Shown here in pieces: positions 56,401 through 64,000 of a DNA stretch of 64,000 nucleotides. The position numbers were made by a program, and so were the translations under genes. Every line of letters begins with the position of its first letter. Position 1 is the stretch's first letter. The notes below the pieces were generated by a model. The model did not search any database. It was not told the origin of the DNA and worked only from the letters and a program-made list of their open reading frames with translations. Source of the stretch: Caecitellus pseudoparvulus (Eukaryota; Protista; Bigyra: Bicosoecida); contig CBFFRQ010000196.1 in the NCBI GenBank assembly GCA_965644315.1, positions 8,081-72,080 of the forward strand, written 5' to 3'.

Positions 56401-57417
56401 TGGTGGGCACAGCAGGCCAAGCTCAGGCCCTGGGATGCAGAGACAAGTGACTTTCCGCACATGGCCGTCGCTGCCTCGCACAGCCTTGGTGCCTTCTCCT
56501 CGCCCGGGGATGACTCGGCTGGCCCGGACGCTGGCGCCGTGCACGTGGTGTACCCGGCCTTCACTGCAGAAGACGTTGGACTGCAGGCAGAGCCTGGGAC
56601 AGCGTACACGTTCCCTTGCAGTAATGCTGAGTACCAGGCAACCCAGCCTTCATCGGCACGTCTCCAACTTGCCGGGCCTGTTCGTCAGGACCATGCCCAA
56701 CTGGCTTCTTTGAATCAGCACAGTGCACAGAGTCTGCTGACCGTGTCTGCACGGAGTGTAGCCCTGGGTGCCCTGTGGGTGTGCATACCACCTCAGCTTG
56801 TGGTCCAAACAGCGACATTGTCTGCGGTGGTGCACATTCCCAGCCCCTCCCACTGGACCCACTTGCTCCCCCTGATCGAGCTAAGCAAGCCCTTGCAGCG
56901 GGTGACCTCTCAGTTCCTGACATCCAAAAGCAGGCCCTCAAGTCGCTCTTTTCATCGACCCATGGTGCAAACTGGGCTGCCCATGCACGATGGCCAGTCG
57001 AGGCCACCGGCGACCCTTGCAGCGGTGCGTGGCACGGCGTGGCATGCGATGGGCTTCACAACATCGTTGGCTTAGCCCTCCCACGAGTGGGCCTCAGCGG
57101 AAACTGCCGTCTGATCTCGGCCAGCACTGCCCCACCTGGTGGAGCTTGACATATCCTTCAATTTCCTGACTGGCCACCTGCCAGACCTGTCTTCTCTTCA
57201 CAACCTCCGGGTGCTGCACCTGGACCACAACTACTTCCTTGGCCCAGCTCCAGCTTGGCTGGCAACACTCCCGCAGTTGATCAGCCTGCAGCTTTCAACA
57301 CCAGATGAGAGCAGGGGGCTGCACGAAGCCCCAATCGCAGGCTCTCCTTCGTGGCCGCTGGATCCCTTGCGAGACCGAGGCGTGCACGTGGTGGTGAACC
57401 AGCAACGCCCGGCATAG
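53409..57417 (+). CDS. Secreted multidomain protein: lamin-tail (LTD) domain, ELWxxDGT-like repeats, FG-GAP repeats, LRR N-cap/LRRs (split over several ORFs)
   Basis: LRITEVM...WVEVTN; HGSELWRYTG/HGTEVWAWNG/SGREVWTWEG; FGAAV...IGAPG; DPCSGAWHGVAC, LDISFNFLTGHLP. Confidence 0.65.
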
Positions 57418-57540
57418 TTGCTCGTTCCTGGTCCCTCCATTGGCCACCCCCCCCTCCCCCCAGGTCGCCCCTACGCAGGAAACAGCAGCTGACAGGCTCG
57501 GCGACTGCACAGTGCATTTCATGGAAGCCTGAGCGCCTGC

Positions 57541-60500
57541 TCAAGCAGACAGGTCGGAGCGAATCTGCTTCAGCAAGCTGGCAAGCGGCTCCTGCGCCTC
57601 GCAGCTGGCGACGAGGCCTGCAAACTCCCGGGTGGACCGTGCGTCCGGCACGTGCTTGTCAATGCTGTGGATGGCACGCAGAGCCGACCGCATGACGTCC
57701 GTTGCGCCCCCAGAGGAGCCCTTGGCAGCCTTGGCGGCAGCCTGGAACGTGGCCTGGAACTGCTCGCAGATGCTCTTCAGGAAGCCCAGCACCAAGGCTC
57801 GCGTCGCGTCATACTGCGTCAAGCGCACCAAGACCTGGTGTGCGAGCAACTTGACATCGTCAACATCCATCAGCCCCGCCACGACGCGCTCCATGGCCAC
57901 TTCAGACACTCGCTCGCGCAGGTGCTGCACGACGGAGTCCAGGGTCACGAATGCAGCCTTGCGCAGCGCCTCGCCATCGTCCACGTCCACCTTGAAAGGA
58001 CCCACATCCACCTTGCGCTGCAGCTCCTCGTGAGGCTGCATCTCGTAGCACAGCACTGGCATAATGCCCACCTCCTCAATGGAGCCTTCAGGCTTCTCGC
58101 TCACCTTGCCAGCGGCGCTTGTGCCCAGGGCTGTGGGCAGGAACAGCCCGCGAACCAGCTCAGGGGCGCTGTGCACGAGGGCGTGCAGTGCCTGCACAGC
58201 CCCCAGGCGAACATTGAGGTCGGCGTCTTGCAGGAGGCCCATGAAGGTGCCCATGACCCCAGCGGAGTCCAGCGCTTCCGTGGCTGTGGACGAGTGCAGG
58301 CAGCCCTTGATGGCAGTGACGCTGGTCCAGCGCTTGTTGGGGGAGTCGCTGGCGGCCATGGCTTCCAGCTCGTGCAGACACTGCGAGGGGGAGATGCCCA
58401 CCAGCAGCCCCAGGCACTCCGCCACGACAGTGCGCTCGCCCTCGTCGTCTGCCCCTGCGCGCGTGTTCAGCACCGGCAGCACGCTGGCAACGTGGGGGGT
58501 GAAGTCGGGCCCGTGAGGCACGACGGGCGCGTGGCGCTTGAGCACGCCTTGCAGCGCGGACAGCAGCAGGTAGTGCCCGCCCTCGGCTGCCGTGGACAGG
58601 GACTGTAGCAGCGAGACGAGGCCGACAGAGGGGGAGCCAACAGCGACACCGCCCATGGCAGCCGCAGCGGCCATGCGGACGATGTCCGACTCGCACGTGA
58701 AGGCGCTGACGATGGTGTCCAGGGCAGCCGGTGTCGCGCCCAGCACGTCCACTGCTGCACCGACATCTGCCAGGATGTGCAGCGCGACGCTGCGCTGGGC
58801 GTCAGGCATGGCGTCGTCCTTGACGGCAGCAAGGCCGCCAGTGATGGCGCCCTGCACGCTGCCCTCGCCACCAGCCCGCAAGACCACTGCGCTGACACTG
58901 GCGATGTTCAACACGGTCTGCTTCTGCACCGCGACGGGGGCAGCTGCCGTGCCTGAGCCACTGGCGGCAGCGCCTGCCGCACCATCCTCCACAGACGCAG
59001 ACAGCGCCTGAGCGAGCGCCTCGGGGTCTGCGCCGCCCTTGGTCACGAGGGCGTGGAAGAAGGCCTTGCAGTCGTCCAGGGCAGCGCCCTTCAGAGCAGG
59101 CGAGGCCACGAGCTTGATGCTGGGCGCCAGCGCCTTGCCGTGCATGCCTGCGGCAGAGCTGGGGACGTGCTCCAGCACAGCGCAGGCCAGGCGCACGGCG
59201 TTCTGTGCCAGGTTCAAGTCGCTGCCCGCGAGGATGGCGGCAGTGGCGTCCACCAGTGCGTCTGCGGTGGGCGCCAGGTGGCTGCCGTGGGAGGCGGTGA
59301 TGGCGGTGAGGGTGCCCAGGGAAGCGTGCACCAGCTGCCAGGAGGCCTGCCGCGTCAGCGCAATGCACTGCTCCACGATGGCCTCCAGGACCGTGCCGCC
59401 CTCCTCCACTGCAACAGAGGACAAGTCCAGCCCCAGAGGCGACTCTGCCACGTGCGTCAGCGCCTTCAGTGCGGCGATGCGGGTTGTCTCCGCTGCCAGG
59501 CGGCGCAGGAAGGGGTAGGTCTGGGCCACCTTGGGCCCCAGCACGTCGCCCAGGTGAGCCACCAGCAGGCCCATGGAGGTGATGGCCATCTCTTTGATTT
59601 CCTGGTCCAAGTCAGCCGCCGCCAGCTTGGGCAGGATGGCGCCAAAGAGCGCGGTCCACCAGGCCGGCGTCCTTGCTGCCTGTGGAGTGCATGAGCAGAG
59701 CCATGCGGCCGCTGATGCGCAGGCCCTCCGCGACGCTCTTGAACCAAGAGTCCAGACAGCGCCTTGACGGCGATGTCGCACAGCGTGGGCATGTGCTCGG
59801 GGAAGGCGGTGGCGGGGATGCAGTCGGGCATCTGCCGCACCATGAGCAGGAAGGCTGCCTGCCGCACGCTGGTGTTGCCATCGGCCAGTGCGGGGGGCAC
59901 GGCACCCAGCGGGCTGCCCACCTCCAGCTCCAGGTGGTGCGCTGGATGCCAGCACGAGTCCGCCCAGGACGTTGAAGCGAGAGCTGCCCGCGTCTTGACG
60001 TCGCGTGCCTCCGTCTTGCCCAGCAGCTTGATCGCTTCGGCGACGATGCTGGACACCGTGCGCGTTCAGGGTGGGCCCCGCACTGCGCCTGGCGCACCAG
60101 GGGAGCTGGCTGCAGCGGCGCAGGGGGCGCGACAGGCACTGCGCCTGCCTCCTGAGCTGCCAGCTGGGGCGCTGGCTCCGCCTCACGCGGTCTCGCAGCG
60201 CTGCCCTCCACCACCACTGTGGCTTTGAGCAGGGCCACGAAGCACTCGAGCACGTCCACGCGCACCGTCTGCTCGCGCTCACGGAACTGCACCAGCAGGG
60301 GCCGAGCGACGCTTGGCGTACGCCTCGTGCAGGCGCATCGGGGCGGGTGGAGATGATGCCGGTCAGGACAGCCACGGCGCCACGTCGCACCTTCCAGCTT
60401 GGTGTCGTCGTCCACACTCCACTTCGTCGTACTCGCCATACTTCATCGTCCATGTCCAGCCCCTCGTCGTCATCACTGCCGTACTCGTCGTCGCTCTCCA

Positions 60501-61702
60501 TGGCATCGTAGTCGAAGTTCGGGTCGAAGTCCAGGAACTGCACCGCCACGTCAGTGATGGTGTCCAGGTGCCCCGTCACCTCCGCGGGGCAGCGCAGGAC
60601 ACGAACGCCTCCAGCGCCTGGAAGCAGAGCCTCGCGCAGGTCGTTGCCGGCTGTCTCGTCATGGCCGCCTCGTCCTCCGCGTCCCCAATGCAGCCCAGGA
60701 ACAGAGGCACGAGTCTCCCCCAGATGCTGCCCCAGCCGGTACCCAACTGTGCGGGCGACGGCTGAGATGGTGCGAATGGCAGCCTGGCGCCCCTCGGCCG
60801 AGGAAGCCTTCTGCAGCAGGTCCAGGACGCGTGCGGGATTACCGTGCCCAGCTGCTCGTCATTGATGTGCTGGGACAGAGCCCCCATGGCGCTGGTGGCC
60901 CGGGCTTGCACACGTCACTCTCGCCGCCTTGCAGCGCTGCCAGCAGGACATCGATGGCGCGGTCGATGCTGGGAGGGGTCTTGTCCCCGAACCGCTTCAG
61001 CAGCTCCCGGGCGACCTGCAGGCAGTCCCGCTGCATGTCGAGGCCGCGCCTTCCGTGATGCCGCCCAGCATGCCAGGCAGCACCACCTTCACCAGCACTG
61101 CGCCGTGCGCCGGCGCCACCTGGGTGATGGCGTGCGTCATGCCGACGCAGTACACGTCGCGCATCTCCGCGCGCTCGCCGCTGCAGATGTGCTTCGTCAG
61201 GTTCGTGGCGACATCCTGCACCAGCTCTCCCCTGCGCGCCGCATCGCGGCCCTGCAGGCTGCGAAGGGCCAAGCGGCGACGCAGGGTGCGGCGGCTGCCG
61301 CGCAGGGCAGCAGGCGCACTAGCGCGAGCGCGCACACCACTTGACTGCTCCAGCCTGCACGTCTTGGCTGGGGTCGCTCTGCAAGCGGTCCAACACCAAG
61401 CTGCTGATCCTGTACGGAGCGACGGGTGAGGGGAAGGGTGCGGAGGCTCCTGCCCGCAGAAAGCGAGCCACCACGCCCGGGGAAGGAAGCTCACTTCTGC
61501 TGCATGCCAGGGTCCAGGGACCTGTCCTTCTCCAGCTCGTCACACAGATCGTCCGCAGCAACGGTTCGGACATCCTTGTCGTGGTTCACGGCCTGTGCAG
61601 CGCCGGGGCAGACAGCGTTCAGCACGTCTGTGTGCCCGCCACCACGCCTTGCCGCCGTACCTGCTCCAGCACAGTGCGCAAGTCCACGGCTCCTGCTGCC
61701 AT
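57541..61702 (-). CDS. CAND1: Cullin-associated NEDD8-dissociated protein 1 (multi-exon, several apparent frameshifts)
   Basis: DKDVRTVAADDL...DVQAGAVK, SWKVRR, DLDQEIKEMAI, VDVGPFKVDVDDGEALRKAAF (TIP120 C-terminus). Confidence 0.92.
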
Positions 61703-62227
61703 GTTGCTGGGGTTCTGGTAGTGTTTTAAAAGGGGGTATGCGCCCTGCACTTGCGGGCCTCCAGGCGCAGAGTGTGCACGCTGTCCTGGCTTTGCAGATG
61801 CTGACACGGGCCTGGCCAGGTGCAAAGGTAGCTGTGAACCGGCAGCTCAGGAGGACCTGGGCGCATGACTGGGGATGAAGAATGTGGTCCGCTGGCACAC
61901 CGAGTGTCGTTGCTGTCAGCTCGCATGCGTGGGGCCAAGACGCCCCCCCCTCCGTCACTCACCGTCGTGTTGGAGCGTGCTGTCGAAAGCGAAGGTCAGG
62001 GATGCTTGCTGCCGACTTGGCACAGCTGCCACATTTCCAACACTTGCAGGAATACCCATGAAGGCGTGGCCGACTGTCGCACAGAGCATACACTGCGAGG
62101 CCTCCTACCCATGCTCGCTTCAGCTGCGGAGGACCAGGCTGCGCTGCAGGTGCGAGTGCCCCGCGGAAATTGCGAGATCCTCAGCCGAGTGCCAGGGAAG
62201 TGCTGCAGCGCCACTCCCTGCAGCGCC

Positions 62228-64000
62228 ATGCCGCTCATTGTGTCATGCGAAGTGACGTGTCACTTTGCTAGTTTCAGGAACCTCGACTTGCTGCGGAAAG
62301 GGTCCGTGCGGCGCACAGAGGCGCCAGCCAGCGCCCCCCGCTGCATGCCAACCACGCCCTGCTCCCAGACTGTACCGCTTGAGGTCAAGGTGCTGCCGCC
62401 GAGGGACCGACCAGCCCGAGCACGCGGAGGGAGTGCTACACTTCCAGCATCCCTACACCTGCTTCGCGGCCTCTCGCAAGCTCAGCTCCTTTGCAATCTC
62501 CAGTGGAGTGGTCAGTCTGGCCCTGCTTCACTGCACTTTCCTTGGCCCGCTCGCCGCTGCTACGCTCCCTGCACAGGTCACGGACAGCGCCTCTGGCTCC
62601 ACCCCCGGCTGCATCAAGGACTCCAGGTCCAGCTACGTGACTCGCTCCGTGCATGTGCGGTACAACGACGAGGTCTTTGACTTGAACGAAGGCGCCACCT
62701 CTCGGGTGCCCGCGCCGCTGACAGCCTTCGAGGCGGACGCGGTGCGCCTGCTGCTGACCCTGCACCACGCGGAGGCAGAAGTGGTGCAGACACCCGACAT
62801 TGACGCCCAGGGCCTGCTGCCGCGCCACGAAGCCCGCATCGGCATTCGGCGCAAGGGGTTGTTCGCGCCCGTCGCGCCGCGTACCCCGGCACTGTCAGGA
62901 CTCTCTCCGGTTCCATCCACGGCCTTTACCCTGTCATCTTGGACATGAACCACCTTGCTGGCGTCGACGTGCAGGTGCATGCGGCGTCACAGGGGTGGCG
63001 TTCCAAGCACTCTGTGGCCGCACCTGGTGCCGACGCAGCCGCCGCCAGGCCAGACGGCAGGCCAGACTCCCAGACAACCCCACCTGGCCAGGCCTCCAGC
63101 GGCATCGCATCCTGGCTGCGTCGCATGACAGTGGGGAGTGACGCAGGCCAGCTGCACACCCCACAGTGCCCCGTGCTCGTGCCGCCGTCGGCATTCAAGC
63201 ACAGTTCTTCCGGCCCCAGCACCCGCCCAGCTCAACGGTCCACCGGCTCCACGCGGCGCGGAGCGTCAGATGCAGACGTTCCCACGAACCCAGCTTTGCG
63301 CGCAGCGTCCCCGGTACATCGACTCGCTCTGGCGGCTTTCTTGCCAACCCCAGCCCGCCTGCAGTTGGCGGCATGCCCACACCTGCCACACGGTTCTGTG
63401 AAGACTGCAGCGGACCAAGGCTCCCTGGGGGCCATTCACCGCGCACATCAACTCACAGCACGCCCTCGCTGCGCACGTATGCCAGTTTGCTAGCCTCGCT
63501 CTCGCTGTCGTTGTTGAGTGAAGTGCAGGGCACACGTGGCAGCAGGCGGCACTGGCAGCAGCGTCGCGAGCAGAGCGCACGGGCAGCGGACACCCAGCAT
63601 TTGCCAAACGCCACGCACACTGCAGCATGCAGACGGCACCAGCAGCGAGTCCGTCCTGCCCCTCGACGGGGCAGCTACAGCCGCTTGCGAGCAGCGACAG
63701 GGCGCGCCGCCCGCCGGGCACGCGTCCGTGCCACTGGACAGCATTCGCTGCCGAACTTGCCATTTGCACTGCGCGCTGGTTCAGGCAGCTGGGGGGCGGG
63801 CAGTGGTGTTCGCAGACCTACATGTGCTGCTCCCCCAGGGGCAGTACGGCGACACACGTTCCACGCGCACGGCAGGCTTCGATGCACTCCTCCACCGCTG
63901 CCACACGTGCACAGCGCAGGCGTCGCAGCACGCCCGATTTCAGCATTCCAGATGACGTGACGGATGGCTTTGGGGTGGCGTTTCAGGGTGCCAGCGTCCC
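62228..64000 (+). CDS. FAM135-like protein, N-terminal part (runs off the window)
   Basis: EVTCHFASFRNLDLLRKG and TRSVHVRYNDEVFDLNE resemble the FAM135 N-terminus. Confidence 0.6.

Noticed and set aside
37910-61500. Numerous long antisense or alternate-frame ORFs (e.g. 37910..39094, 40824..41822, 57652..58608)
   Set aside because: Shadow ORFs expected in GC-rich coding DNA opposite recognisable genes

Overview
Eukaryotic, GC-rich sequence that runs from a chromosome end (left) inward. The + strand is the C-rich telomere strand (CCCTAA). It has short GT-AG introns and a CDKL5-like kinase, so a flagellated protist is my inference. (1) 1-9117 is a head-to-tail array of five telomeric retroelement units from four distinct families, all with 3' ends pointing inward. 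A is a 3' end only. B1 and B2 are apparently identical ~2.9-kb RT-less elements with one 748-codon ORF. C is a 5'-truncated non-LTR element encoding the end of an RT plus a CCHC finger. D is a 258-bp 3' stub. Every unit ends without poly(A), directly in a CTAACC-phase telomeric linker. All four families share a ~200-nt 3'-terminal RNA fold supported by compensatory base changes. This is the main discovery candidate: a HeT-A/TART-like retrotransposon telomere coexisting with TTAGGG repeats. (2) 9118-~30450 is a plastic subtelomere. It contains a de novo telomere-healing scar, a ~4.55-kb segmental duplication (SEC12-N/UTP20-C chimera plus an ankyrin gene with 3 vs 12 hypervariable repeats) and Crinkler/RHS-like NTPase+REase genes. 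(3) ~30900-64000 is ordinary dense gene space: Cys-rich multi-TM protein, GT61, CDKL5-like, EF-hand/RDD, SIN1-like, LSM5, L-type lectin, DUF707, an LTD/ELWxxDGT/FG-GAP/LRR protein, CAND1 and FAM135-like. Several conserved genes are frameshifted, most likely from sequencing indels. All protein family calls are from motif recognition by eye, not database searches.
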